A DNA stretch of 28,592 nt. Source: Enoplolaimus lenunculus. Its lineage: Eukaryota. Under the pieces are notes generated by a model, which worked only from the letters and a program-made list of their open reading frames with translations, was not told where the DNA came from and did no database searches. The stretch is taken from the NCBI GenBank assembly GCA_030248215.1, contig JASANG010003696.1, positions 434,001 to 462,592 of the forward strand, given 5' to 3'. Made by a program: the position numbers and the translations under genes. Below, piece by piece: positions 12,267 through 25,848 of the stretch (position 1 is its first letter; each line of letters starts with the position of its first letter).

Positions 12267-12649
12267 CTGAAAAGTTCAAAAATTTATATCATTAAACGGA
12301 AACATTTCAAAATATTTAGATGTCGACTGACATTTTTCCGCTTGAGCCATAGACACGATTATTGCAATTTTTGGCATATTTTACAGAGCGTCCGAGAGCC
12401 GGTTTACTGTTCAATTTATACCGCCGCAATTTTTGGGTCGAATATTACGAAATAAGAAATCGCAACCGGGTAGTGAGGCATTATTCAAATGACCTAAATG
12501 GTTTAGCGGGGACAGTACCATTTATTCAATTTTGCTTGCTATAATTTTGACTCGTATGCAAAATTTCCTGACCACAAAAATAGATGAGAGAGAGAAGGCG
12601 GTTGTTGAGACAATGAATAGAAACCATAAGACATTTTACTTAGCTGACC

Positions 12650-12819
12650 CAGGCCGATAGCTAGCTTACCTTGCTAGGGAGGGGTAAAAAATTTCAGAAG
12701 GGAGAAATACAACGGTTCTTGATAATTTACAAGCAAGGTTGAAAATTTTCTAGTGGGGGTGGGGCAAAATTTTTTATGGCGGGGCTGAGCCCCCTCTGCC
12801 CTCTTTGGCTACGGGCTCG
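12650..12819. mobile_element. hAT-like MITE, family A
   Basis: caggccgatagcta...tggctacgggctcg; TSD agctgacc/aactgacc (7/8). Confidence 0.78.
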
Positions 12820-12859
12820 AACTGACCTCACATTAAATAAACCAAAAAGTGCAACTAAC

Positions 12860-12929
12860 CTGTCACTTTTCACAGAAGTATTCTCGGCATCGGTTGCGAG
12901 CAAATACGAACTTCGGCGAGCGATTCGAT
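12860..12929 (-). CDS. ARHGAP21/23-like: Small internal exon with RRSSYLLA motif
   Basis: tttgtttcag|ATCGAATC...GTGACAG|gttagt; 70 nt, phase 1-2; reads (D)RIARRSSYLLATDAENTSVKSD(R). Terminal AG plus the first A of the next exon gives AGA, in frame. I recall RRSSYLLA upstream of the PH domain in ARHGAP23. Confidence 0.8.
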
Positions 12930-13672
12930 CTGAAACAAAAATTAAATCGAAAAATTTTATCAATTTTTTTCGCAACGCCAACTGAAATGAAACTAGTATG
13001 ACAACTGCTATTGTAAGATAAATTTTTCACTTGCTAAGTGTCTTCAAGTCAAAAATCTTTAAGCTTCGTGTGGTGAAATGTATATACATGCGACCCCGGC
13101 CGCAGCAGTGGTTCACCGAGCGGGATAGGGTTGTTTTTCGTGCGAGTCAATTACGGGATTATATATAAAAACTGGCCCAGGCTAGGCCCCAGTAAATAAC
13201 ATGTTGACCGGGGCAACGCTGACCGCGCCTTTGGCTTCGGTACATGGGTTAGTCGCTGGGACATCTCTAGTTTGAGCTATGGTAGACACCTCACAGGTAC
13301 GCGCATTCAAATTTTTTGATTAAAATCTTGTTAGGATGGGGGCCCCCCCAAATGGGAATATGGGAGGGATGGCTGCTCCGTCCTCGTTGAAAACTTACAT
13401 CGCTGAGTAGTGGCAGCCATTACATTAAATAGTGAATTCGGTAAAATTATACTATATATACTCCTGCAATGGAGCGTTGAAATTTAATTTCACATTCAAT
13501 CAGAACGCGCATTCAAATATTTTATTAGATATTGAGCGTATTACTTAAATATCTAATAGAATATGTAGGTTAATATATAATTCTAAGTTGAGCAGTGCCA
13601 TATAGAACCCTTCACGAAAATTGTACAGCAGACGCGGTCGGACTCGAGCGCAAGACTTTCAGATTACCAGTT

Positions 13673-14107
13673 TTCAGGATTGTTGTGGTTTTCAGTTCAA
13701 CTGATCATGCCTGTAGACAACTCAGCTTGCCTGGCTATGGGGGCTAAACACTGTTCAGGATGGCATAGAAGGGTTTTTGATGAATTACAACGGTCGACAA
13801 GTTTCTAGGTGGGGGGGGGCAAAATTCTTCCAGGAGCGGCTGAGCTCCCTGGGTCATCTCTGGCTACGACCCTGCAACTGAGCAATACTGAGGACAGATA
13901 CGCTTCGAAATTTGTGGAAGTATGAGAAAAATAATCATGGAATGTGGTTCGCGGGCAGCCAATTGATGGGTCCCGAGTCCCATGTGATTTTTATTGAGGT
14001 ACAGCTATCCAATCAGCAGGCGGCTTTTACAAGATTGCTATACGGATGGTATGATGGTAGCGAATTTTTTTGATGACATTACAGAAAATAGTGGTTATCC
14101 TTGTTGA
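13673..14107. repeat. Intronic inverted duplication, copy B
   Basis: ttcaggattgttgtggttttcag...gtggttatccttgttga mirrors tcaacaaggataaccac...ccacaacaatcctgaa at 9553-9979. Confidence 0.95.
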
Positions 14108-17100
14108 ATTTTTCGCTACGAAGGCTCAAAATTGGTGCTAAGCCGACCATCTATTATGGTGGCAAATCAGTTATTTGACCGTAACTCGTTAACTAAACGT
14201 TTGAATGCATGGAAATCAAACACCGTTCGACTCAGCTCATCAAACCCCGTGGAATGATAATTTAGCTAACTTTTGGCGAAAAAATTTTTGAGCTCCAGTG
14301 GGAGTCCTTTTTACTTTAAAACATTTTCAAAAATTCTAATTCAGATGTGAAATGATAAGGGGAAGTCATTAGAAGCTCAAATATGCAAAAAAATATAAAA
14401 TCAGACAATTTTGGACAAACGCCGGCTGGTGAAACAACGATAACGGCGGTATTGTGTACTGTAGTGAAACGGTCATCTTAAAATGACGGGAGACATTCTA
14501 AAATAATTACCAGCCATTTTCGAATGCAACGGGGGTTTTCTAATCACCTGGGGATGGCATTTTAAAATACCCTGGGTGACAAATATGGGTGGCCATATAA
14601 AATGGAATACCAGCGCATCTCCTCTAAAATCACTGATAGGAAATTAATGACCATAAATATTGAAACTGTTTTAAAAACGATTTTTAATTAAAATACACTT
14701 AATTATTGTACTTAATTTATTACAAAATATACAAAAAATTGGTTGAAAATCATTGCGTATAATCACCACAGCCCAAGCCTAATTTTTCAAACATCATTAA
14801 TCAGAGAAGCGTTTTCGACATTCCTTCCTCTGCCCCCCACAGCAGTCTGTGATTTCAAACTATTAATATTCATCGTCTAAATAAGTTTTCAAATTTACGA
14901 GCCTGAATAAAGTAGAAAAAAACCCCGTCATTCTTAAAAACGTTTTCGGTTTACAATTCTACTCGACATTTTGGCTATAAGGTTGAACGTATTCCAGTGT
15001 TTTTGAGGAAAATAACGGCAATTTGATTCTGCACCGAAACGAATTGAAGTATACATACGGAGTATATGTCATTCTTTGAAATTTCAAGAGAGACGAAAAA
15101 TGGTATAAGCTTTCGAATAACCAAAGTGTTTCTAAAATTCAAAAAAGAATCTAAAAAATATTTTTCCGTCCCACAATAAAATGCTTATTACGACACTAAT
15201 ACTATAAACCAGGTCCGGAAAAATTTGGTTTTGGTGGCGCAACCGGGCTCGAAAAACTGGTTCAAATATTGCTATATAGAATGGTATTTGGCAGATCCGC
15301 TACAGAGGTTTAAAAATTAATGCCTCAACCGGACACTTACATATATTCTGCCTTTTTATGAATGTGTCAGTAAAATTCGATCTACGTACCACTTTCCGTG
15401 TCTGGCTTTGTTGGTTAAATATATATGTATATATAATATATAATGTATATATATACTTATATATTATATTTATGTATATATATGTATTTTTAATGTTTCT
15501 ATATATAGACCCAAATATGGCCCTCAAAAATTAATGGTCTTGGTACCAGTGTATTATTCCAAAATTCCAATAATGTTTGATTTAAAGTGTCAAAACTCGG
15601 AGTTTGATTTTTTGGCATCACCAAAAATTTTTACACTCCCCTCCCCCCTCAGAACCTTTGACGATAAACAAACGCCTAAAAATACATCTGTTATTTTTAT
15701 ACCAAGGCCAATACGGGGGTCGACTCCATAAAACAACAACGTATTTATAGCGCAAGAATTTCTGATAAAACATTGGAGAGAATGCTCGACTTTTAAAAAA
15801 CACAGATCAGGCTGTAGTCAGAACAACTTTACGCATTGGGGGGTTTGGCATGACTTAGCGGCGGGACTTAAACATTTCTGGAAGAGGCAAAGTGTTTCCA
15901 GAAATCATGGCATCAGATACGCCCGCTCTGACGCGGATTCGCTTCATATTGAAGGAATTATATATAGCCAAAAATGCTTAAATGGTAGATACTGCTTCTA
16001 TTAAGCAGTGACGAATCAAGAAAAATCTGAGAGTGACCTGGCAAAAATAATGAAACGTAATGCTTACTGTATGCTATAAATTTGCTAATTTTCTGACTCG
16101 GAAAATTGTAAGCTATGTAGTGCTATCAAACAAACGTAATTTGAAACAAAATTATAATGTGGGTTAAGCATGCAGTTACCTCTGCAATTAATTATAGCTT
16201 ATGCTGAAATGAGGCTGGGTAGACAGCATGTGATTATATATGAATGGTATGATTCATTCTAAAAGTTTAGCGCAAATACATAACTTGCCAGTTAGAACCA
16301 GTAACCATGGAAATATTCCACAAAATTATGCATTTAAATGACTATGCCTCATACGTCGCCCGATCAAGGGTAGTAGATAAATAATTATGATAAAATTTGA
16401 AATACAGGCCGTGTTTCATGTAGATATGCTTCAAATAAACCATTTTAGTTTATATCACCGTTCCTATAGGAACTAAATCTTGCCGGTACAGGAACAGGAA
16501 TTGAATTTCTTTACAGGAACCGGAACCAAAATTTCTAATAATTTTTATTACCGAATTACTGTTGGACTTTTTAGAATATTTGCTAAAAAAGTTTAAACGA
16601 ATTTTCCTGCTAGTTCATCATCAAGTTTTGCGAAAACACATCAGGAACAGTTTAGTATCCAAAATTGAACTAATTACAAAATTATTAATTTCTAAATAAA
16701 AATTTTTTCAAAGATCCGCTAAAATTCATATCCGGTCGATGCCTGATATATACATATATTATATATATTTGTATATATGTACTGTTTCAAAATACTACAA
16801 TATTTTACGCTGTGCGCTTTAATAAAAGCTATCAAATTCAAAAATTTCAAATATACGTTTAATTCATTGGTTGAAAACTTAAAGAACGTTTACTGGTAAT
16901 TGCTAATTTACTAATTTTAATGTGAAATCATACAGTACTGCTCCGAAAAATGTAGCTACGGTGATGATAGGCTCCTAGCAAGCACACCATGCCAGAGAGG
17001 CTAAAAAATTTCAATATTGGCATGCTGTTAATTCACATGACTTACAGGTGGAAAATGTCGGTATAATGTGAACAGTAAGTGTATGTAAAAGCGTAGATTG

Positions 17101-17144
17101 CCATACATGTGCTCATATACTGAAATATGAAGTTGGTGCAAACG

Positions 17145-17212
17145 ACCACGTGGTCTGTAGCATGCTTCACTCAAGTACCAGAGGGCCGAGGTTCGAATCC
17201 CGGTGTGGTCTT
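17145..17212 (+). mobile_element. tRNA-derived SINE head remnant
   Basis: B-box GGTTCGAATCC at 17190-17200 with a weak A-box-like cgtggtctgtag upstream; no convincing cloverleaf. Confidence 0.4.
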
Positions 17213-18658
17213 TAACCTTGGGCAGAACTTCGAAGAATACGGGTTGTGTAGACAGTGTTTTTGCAATATTTTCTACGGGCAAATGACAACTGGCTAACCG
17301 TTTCTTGCCCCTGTAACTGTTATTAATATGAAATAGGTTTACCGCGTTGTATCTGGCAAAACAGCAAACCCATTAATTATTATATGTTGATTTTAAAATT
17401 TTCCACTCAATTTGTTTTTCGTCAAAAAAAATTATTGCAATTTTCAAAATCAATCATTTCGAGTTTGACAGGTTTGGCGACAAATTTCAAAAATTACACA
17501 TAGAAACTGTATAAAGAACGGATTTTGACCAGTTAAAATATAAATCAAACTCCAAACTGGTGTATAAAATAAACCAAAGCGACAAACAGCCAGTCATCGC
17601 CATGCATTGTTGTAGAGCAAATCTTATAGCTCTCGGTCCCATATCATCAAGGCCTTCTAACTGATTTACCTAACTGCTACAGATTCCATTTATCATACAT
17701 AACATGAATGTAAACAAATATATAATTCATTTTAATTTTCTTTTTTGCTATATTATTATTTACTAGGGTGTAAAACGGCTAGTAAAAATAACGGAAACGG
17801 ATAGCTATCAAAATAATGGAAACGGAAACCGGATATTGAAGGATAAAAGTTTCAAAGATTTTATATTTTTCTGCTAACAGAATTGGGGCGTGCAAATTTT
17901 CAGCGGGCTTTGTAAAATTTAAAACAAATAGAGGATGCATCGAAATTTCCAAGATTTTGGATGAATTTTGTAATCTTTATTTGATGATAAATATTTGCAG
18001 TACATCTGTAATGAAAAATAGCTAGATGTATAGGTACGTTGTTTATAAATAATCTTGAGCGTAAAGCTAACCGAATTTCTACAACGGAAACGGAAACGAA
18101 CACCGATTTTTACCGGAAACGGATATCCGGTTTCACTCTGGTATTTACACAATCTGCTATATCTCAGATTTTTATTATATATCTACGGGAGCGAAACAAT
18201 TCAGTCAGGTAAAAAATTTACAATAACCGAAAGGTGAAAAAATACCGGAACCGGAATTCCGGTTGCGCGTCGATGGAAGCTGCGAAAAATTCAAAGTCAA
18301 ACCATTTTCTGTAGTAATTCCTTTCAGAGACACAATGAACGATAAAGACTCAAAAAATTTGGTTCACTTTAGCCATAAAATGCGCTGAAAATCACAAGCT
18401 TGCTCACAATTACAAATAAATATTGAGTAAACATTTAACAAACGCATAAAACAAGCTAAAACCAGAATTCTCAAAATAAGTCAAAAATTCAGAACCAAAA
18501 TTCTCAACAACAGTCAAAACTTCAGAACTCAACATTGGTAAAACTTGAATTATAAATTGATGTGACTCACAGAATTTTATCGCTTAATGTTTAACTTAAA
18601 CGTTTTACGTTTGTACACCCACCTACTTTTGAAATCTATTTATTTCTACTTCGAATTA

Positions 18659-18956
18659 AGCCCTATTCACACGTGCAAGTTTTTACAGCAAAAACTTGCA
18701 CGAGCAACTTGCACGTGCAAGTTTAGTCACAAAGCAACTCTGAAGTTGTTGCAGCTGCAAATTATTCACTGGAATTTATGCTATTGAATTTAATTCGCAC
18801 CTGTAAACGGAGCTGCAAGTCACATGGACTTCTTACACCTCCAGTTTGATTGGCCAATCGGACTGTTGCTTTGAAAATACTTGCAGCTGCATGTATTTCG
18901 TGCAAGTTGCAGTTGCGGAATTCTTGCTGCAAAAACTTGCACGTGTGAAAAGGGGT
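18659..18956. mobile_element. PIF/Harbinger-like MITE, family H copy 3
   Basis: agccctattcacacgtgcaagttttt...aaaaacttgcacgtgtgaaaaggggt; TTA on both sides (3-bp TSD). Confidence 0.82.
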
Positions 18957-19215
18957 TTATGAAATTTTCTCGTATATATAGTTCTAAAAGAATAATTCGT
19001 AACAATAGAAATTATGCGTTCTATGACGCAACCTCAGGGGAGACACATCAAACAACTGCGACGCCAGATACTTGGTTGGGTCTTACCTCCTATTACTGTG
19101 AACATGGTACATTAAATAACATTTTGTGAAATTCCGCTCATTCAAACTTATTATTTATTTTGGGTTGAGAAAGAAGTTTGAAATATCTATCATTAGGGCC
19201 CAAATTCTCAAAGGT

Positions 19216-19397
19216 GTATAGCATCTATCACCAGCTGATAATAGGATTTCAAACTCACGAACTGTTGCAGTTGCAAATCTCCAATTTTGCAGCACAGAAA
19301 TAGTGTAAATCAAATGCGAAAATTGTAATGAATTCCTTTGCTCTCGGTTCAAAAATCTGAAACATTCAAGCCCTATCACCAACTGGTGATAGGTGCT
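19216..19397. mobile_element. MITE with palindromic CTATCACCAACTGGTGATAG ends (related copies 24992-25175 and near 9101)
   Basis: gtatagcatctatcaccagctgataatagg...cctatcaccaactggtgataggtgct; same layout at 24992-25175. Confidence 0.6.
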
Positions 19398-19811
19398 CAA
19401 CACATTTGAGAATCCGGTCAAAGAACAGAGTTTAATTAGCTATGAAACCAGGTAAATTAATTAAAACGTTTTTTGAATATTTTCTCAAGCATACATCAGA
19501 GTTCTATTAAGATCTATCTGTTTAAGCTAAGACCCGTCAAACTTAAACTTAGACAAAACGTTTTGACGGGAATTGCCTGAAAAAATGCACCTCGCACTCT
19601 GCCCACATTTTAACTTAAGGCTTAGGAAACGGCTAGGCGTAGGTTTAGACTTTCGTAGACCTTTGCCTCAACCCACGCCTAAGCCTGAGCCCAAGCCTAA
19701 GCTTGTAGCAGGGAAAGTGTGCAAGAACCGTTTTACATACTAAAAGTTGAAACGATTAAAATTTTCACACTGTTTCGATATCCGAAGTCTAGAAGGCTGA
19801 TAAGCGGTATC

Positions 19812-20004
19812 ACGACAATTCGTTGCCCGACAACTCGTCAACCGAGAACCAGTAATCCGAAACTTCATTGACTCGACGATTCGTCGCCCATCATTATCTT
19901 TAGGCTTGGGCTTAGGCGTAGGATTACGCATACGATTAGCCTATATTTATTCATAGGCTTTACGACACTGTTGGGCGACAAGTTGTCGGTCGACGAATTG
20001 CCAT
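19812..20004. mobile_element. MITE-like element with internal TTAGGC-like hexamers (inverted relative at ~10516-10650)
   Basis: acgacaattcgttgcccgacaact...agttgtcggtcgacgaattgccat termini; interior aligns in reverse with 10516-10650. Confidence 0.6.
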
Positions 20005-22495
20005 ACATTCAAGGTAAGAACATCTGCTTAACAACGCTGATTATTTCAGATCGACCTGTGATGTGAAACGAACTCAAAAAGGATCGCCAAAAACAATTGA
20101 CGTCATTCAGGGGTCGGGCACACCAGCCCACAAAAAAATTTACGCGGGAAAATTGCGTACAAACTGCGCCGCACTTTACTAGCTATATCATTGGTAACCA
20201 TATAGATAGAAGCTTTACAGCAGCGCCCCGGAAAAACAAACTGTTTTGTGTGTAAAATGTTTAATGTTCAACCTATCGACCCCCTTTTTGCTGTGAAACC
20301 GCCAATATGCACCGCCCCGGGGGGTCTTTACAACCCACGGATATAGGCGATACATCCGTTTCCAAAGTTTGCGGACAGGCAACAAAAAATTACTATCCCA
20401 GGATTGACAATAATGTTTTAAATATAGATCCTATAGATCGAAAAACTGTTACATGAAGTTACCCCCTGCGGAAATATAATCCTAGCTACCGCACTTCATA
20501 CACGCATTGCAGGGGGCGCACGCTTGGGCCCCATAATCGGTATATTGCAAAAAACAATTTTTGGTTAAACATTTATATTTTGCCAGAGTGCAATATGGGG
20601 CCAAAAATTGCAGGTAACCTGACTGCGGTTTGTGGCCCCTGTAGGGTTCAGATTATATCTCGACAACGAGCGGTTTTCAAAAATCAGCATGGGTGCAAAA
20701 CAGAATGCGTCGATTTTTCCGCTGGTAGATCCTGTTAAAGCAACCATTTCGAATAAAATAAATTGATAAAGCTTTGTACAGTACGTTTTCTTATTATAAT
20801 AACTTCTAGTAAACCAGGATTTCAAAATATGAGAATTGGCAAGAAAATTTGTGAGTTTCGTTTTTTGAAAAATTAAAATGGGACGTAGTAAAAATGAATT
20901 TTAAGTATTTAAAACAATTTGAGTTAAGAATCTGGTGATGTCAAAATCCAGGGATGTCCCACTTGTACTACAGCAGTGGCGAATTCTAGAATTTTCCGGT
21001 GACGGAAACTTTGTGTGTTTTGCTTATATATTAAGTATTAATATTAAGTATTATATATCAGAGTGCAACCGGAATTACAATTTACAGGAACCGGAACTTG
21101 AATTTGAAAAAATTACCGGACACAAAACCGAAAGGTGAAATAATGCCGGAACCAGAATTCCTGTTATTGTGGTTAGTTAATGAAGAAACAAGTGCCAGAA
21201 ACCGACAGTAATAAATATGCAGTTTAATGCACACCTGCGACCTAAATAATCAAATCATGTCCCGGTTTGACGGAAACCTTAGTGGTCGCAAAAGTATACG
21301 CAGAATATAAGTGATATGGACCGGATCGGACTGGCTCAGAGTTTCCGATCGACGACCGAACCGCGGACCTCTCGGTTATATTGCGGTCCGGTCCACATTA
21401 GTCCAAATATCAACCGGTACCTTTATATTTGGTATAGCATCCATCGTCCAATCAGATTTAGTTTGTGTTCAAATATTATTTCGAACTGTCCTTGTATAAC
21501 AATTACCGTTCGATGATGACCCAGTTGCTATTTGGGACAAATAGGTGTTTTTATACCGCCCACTAAGGATTATAATGGAGTATAGTCTACTACCACATGC
21601 AAAAATTAACAACAAATTCACTAAAAGTTAAAGTTACAAATGACAAATTTGACTATTAATTCTAATCCACTACGTCTTTTGTGCCATAAAAAGCACATTT
21701 ACTACGAGATGAAGCGACAAAAATGTTGCTGGCGTTCAGTGAGCAGCACTTGTTTTTCGTTGGAGACATCAAGTTACAGGTTCCTGACAAGCTTGAATTT
21801 TAGACCTAAACCGGCTCCATAATGATAATTTAAATAATCATTATAAAAATATTTTCGTTCCAATCGCCGATATATTTATGACTAATTTTTTAGCAAATTG
21901 GAAACAATCAAATACTGCATGAATGTTACGCAGCAGCGGTCAGTAAAGTTGGCATCGAATCAAAAGGACTAGAAAAGAGTAAGCTTAAGTTTTAGACTAA
22001 TTTTTTGCTTGGATTAGGCTTAAAAATAAACTCATTCTTACTACGAGTCGGCATAAGAAAAAGAACCCGTTAGACGTAGAATTTACGAGATTTAAAGTTT
22101 TCGCATAGCTAAGTAACCAACTAAAATTATTAGTAATTTTAACAAAAATGGTGTTCACAAATTTCACACCAACGAACCATTCTGAAAACTTCATAATTAC
22201 CAATTAATATTAAATTTTTGAAAAACTATTTTAGGAATGTCTGATGGTTGCGGGATTGTGTAAAATCCTCAAAAACGTTTCTAAAAACAATTTCAACACA
22301 AAAATACTTAAATATTTTAAAAAATTTGTTCAGCTTTCGTCTGCTTCTAATTTTACCACTGAGTAGATTAAGCAAAAATTGTGCGACAAACAAAATTCGA
22401 CTAAGAAATTGCAAAAGCACCGGCGCATTACACATCATCGTAGCATTTTAGCAACACTTCAAATGAAAATGCTCAAAATTTTCAATTCACAAACA

Positions 22496-22556
22496 TATAT
22501 GTACATATATACATGTATATATAAATATATATAAATAAATAAATATATATATAATG

Positions 22557-22606
<50 letters not shown>
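22496..22606. repeat. (TA)n microsatellite
   Basis: Pure TA run at ~22566-22606 with a degenerate left flank. Confidence 0.95.
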
Positions 22607-22609
<3 letters not shown>

Positions 22610-23291
22610 GAAGAGCAGATTTCTGAAGCTTATAAGTCTACAAATCTTTTTGAGGTACGTACTTGCTAAACTATACAATTTCAAAATATGATACTTTCGC
22701 TTATTCGTATTTATTTTTGTATACTATTTAAGACAATATGTGTTCAAAAACTTATTTGAATCTCTGGGGCGCACCGTTGAGGTGACCCCTACGCATATCT
22801 GACCAATTAGAATTCATTTCTGCCCGAAGTACAGATTGCTGTTTGATTGGGGGGTTACCGCTAGCAGATGAAACATTCGTCTTTAAAATCTGGTATTTAG
22901 CACTGATTTCAGTGCTGCCATTGGTTAATTCAATTTTCCTTTGGTACGCAACTATAAATTTAAACTTTCGAAAATTGAAATCATTGCGAACTGTTAAAAT
23001 TCTCTTGTTATTTTTCTGACCGCCTTTGACAGCTGTTTCTTTGTGCTTAAACTGGGCTTTTGTACCGTTAAATATCTATTTTTATATATTCGAATTGCCA
23101 TTTTTCATTCTGGACAGTTCAACGTATGTTCAATTGAAAAACTATGCTATTAGAATCAAAGGTGAGCGTACGATTTTTAACCTTGCATCATGCATGTATG
23201 ATGCATAATTCAGAAGGCAACCTACGTCAGAAATTGCTATATATGTTGGATTATAATTAGTCGCCGATTTCGTACAAATACAAGGAGATGT

Positions 23292-23430
23292 GATAATAAT
23301 AATAATAATAATAATAATCATAATAATAATAATGATAATAAATAATAATAATAATAATAATAATAAATAATAATAATAGTAATAATGATAATAATTAATA
23401 ATAATAAATAATAATAACAATAATAATAAT
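23292..23430. repeat. (AAT)n microsatellite
   Basis: Direct reading of the sequence. Confidence 0.95.
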
Positions 23431-24124
23431 TTTGGTTTTGTTTCTTGTTAGGCCATGACCTACGTAGCGTACGGTCTATCTTTGATCCATCGGTGGCTTC
23501 TCTTTGATCCGCCAGTGAACACAAGCTATTTTTAAAGGTTAGCCTTATCTAAAACTTTGCATCGACAACCTGTTCCCAAGCCAACTGACCTTCACATCAT
23601 GTATAAATATACAAATAAACTGCGAACTGAGAGTGCACACATTCCACAAAATATGAAATTGATATAATTTAACTTTCTCTTAAGGTTTACGCTTTTCCAC
23701 GAAATTCGAAAAAATACGTCAAAAAAGTTTTTTCTTTAAAAAACAGCCCCACAGGGCAGCAATTATGATTACAATTGAGAAAAAAAGTTACTTAAAATAA
23801 ACTAAAAAAGTTGAATTTCAAAAATTAAAAGACGGACTTTTAAGAAATAAAAAACAAGCACGAAAGTTTGTCCCGAGTACGTACGATTGATTAAAAATAT
23901 CATCAAATAATTGCTGAATTTACTTAAAACTGGGTCACAACGATAATCGAAACAAGAACGGATGATGACGAAAAGAAGACACGGAATAAGTAGGGGCAGA
24001 TCCCGAAAGAAAGGTGATGGGATGTTCCCTCCTTGTAATAAAAAATGTTAATCAAACAATAGTTAATATTTGCCTGCTTCTTTGCTAATTTTTACTTTTA
24101 TGCCACTGTTTAATTATTGTGTTC

Positions 24125-24564
24125 ACTGTAGTGATCCGAATGATGGGGGAGCTGATATTTATTTGGCCACTCTAGAGGGTACCCCCCTGTTATTCGGTTA
24201 CGGACTCTTATTTTTAACCCACGCTCCGCCATCCTTCGTTACTTATACATATTTGGTCCTGGATCCGCTGAATTAAACGAATACTTCTCTTGTATCAATA
24301 GCTTGAACGATAATGCAAGGTTATACTTAGGAATGTACTTTCAAAATTTAAGTAGGAACGCTTCAAAATTTCGAACTTAAATTATTTGAGTCTGGAGTCC
24401 TTTATACGCTACAATTAGATATAATTGACATTTATGGACTCAAATTACGGTTTAGGGACTATATCCGCTTACGAACTCGTATTAGGAATACGGATTCCTA
24501 TTGATTGTTACTCAAACAGCTGACCCCCTCTTATTACCCCCCTCTCTTATTCGGGTCACACAGT
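24125..24564. mobile_element. Degenerate TIR element
   Basis: actgtagtgatccgaatgatggggg versus ccccctctcttattcgggtcacacagt. Confidence 0.45.
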
Positions 24565-25331
24565 AGTTTCTCATTCTGGTCGCCATGTCTGTTTCACTGT
24601 AGATATATATATTATGATCTGTACCAATTACCAAACATATGTTAGGTTCGGTATTATATTAAGATCTTTTACTTATGAACCCGATTTGAATAAAAAATAC
24701 ATAGCTACAGAATTATGATTTAATTTTTGTTGCAAGCAAAAATTACATAGCTAATGCAATTTGAAATTGTACACAAAATTGCAAAGTTGGCACAAGCACA
24801 CCGAATAAGGACCGTCGAAACTAACGAAAACGGCCTGATCTGATAGAACTCAGCCGCAGTAACAACTTGAGATATAATTATTTTTATATTAGTTACTAAC
24901 AAGCATTATGTATACTTTAATGTTTATTATTAACTTAATAGCTAATTTGCGTTTTGTTCCTTATCGACAAAAACCCAAATTTTGACATTGCGTATAGCAC
25001 CTATCATCAGTTAGCGATAGATTTTCAAACTACGGAACTTCTGCAGTTATGGATATTAAAATTTGCACAGTTGTACTGCAACTTAAATTTACACAAATGT
25101 ACGGAATTTGAAACGTCAAAAGGCGCTGGTTCGAAAGCTACGAGACCTATCGCCAATTGGTGATACATGTTACACACAGAATGCGACCGGTATTATAATT
25201 TACCGTATCCGGAACGTCAAAAATTGCCGGAACCGGAATTCCGGTTGCAGCCTGGTTACACACATTTGAGAAGACGGACAAAGGATACACCAATGACCAG
25301 AATAATAATGATAATCTTTGCTCATACTTAC

Positions 25332-25460
25332 CATCGTCACTTGTATTTGACACAATACTTGTCCGAGCGTTAACGTCTTGGCCAGCATGTTCACCAGGGC
25401 CACTGTTTGACTTGTAATATCGCAGTGTATCCGCCGGATGCAGCAAATGACCACCAATGT
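25332..25460 (-). CDS. Probable upstream internal exon of the same gene (129 nt)
   Basis: Long T-rich tract with tttcag| acceptor and strong G|gtaagt donor. Phase-1 frame reads (D)IGGHLLHPADTLRYYKSNSGPGEHAGQDVNARTSIVSNTSDD, compatible with the phase-1 start of exon 12929 across a ~12.4-kb intron. No domain recognised; assignment is by strand and phase only. Confidence 0.62.
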
Positions 25461-25560
25461 CTGAAATAAAATAAAATAATAATGAAAAAATTATTTCAAA
25501 AAATAAGTTGGGATCAATTAAGCCTCATTCCTTTGCTACTAAGATGGTCGAGCTTGATTT

Positions 25561-25710
25561 GATAATGTTCGGAGGGGTTGGGTAAGCTTGGGTAAGATAA
25601 TGTTGAGGGGTGTAAACTTGGGCAAGATAATGTTGAGGGGTGTAAACTTGGGTAAGATAATGTTGAGGGGTGTAAACTTTTGTGAGATAATGTTGAGGGG
25701 TGTAAACTTG
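25561..25710. repeat. Short inverted copy of the same minisatellite (4 units plus degenerate edge)
   Basis: GGTAAGATAATGTTGAGGGGTGTAAACTTG-type units at 25591-25710, ending abruptly before ttagccgcga. Confidence 0.97.
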
Positions 25711-25848
25711 TTAGCCGCGATGCTTAACGGAAAACCACGTTAAACAAAACCAGTGCTTTCTAATGGTTGATACTAGCCCCCCCTCGCAATTGTTAAATCT
25801 AATTTATTGATCGCCTGTTGTGAAGCAAAGGCTATAGCTTCTTTTTTA

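Larger units (their letters stand above)
25069..25710. repeat. Left arm of large inverted repeat (visible part; may extend further left)
   Basis: Reverse complement of 27951-28592; one mismatch seen in ~520 bp of non-satellite sequence (25515 vs 28146). Confidence 0.97.

Noticed and set aside
13085..13271. Non-autonomous Helitron (ends in CTAG-T)
   Set aside because: No convincing subterminal hairpin, no clear 5' end, and a single copy in the window.
17140..17215. Functional tRNA gene
   Set aside because: A B-box is present but I could not form acceptor and D stems; better explained as a SINE remnant. tRNAscan-SE would settle it.
21317..21395. pre-miRNA hairpin (tggaccggatcg...cggtccggtcca)
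   Set aside because: The stem is only about 12 bp with a large loop; more likely a TE remnant.
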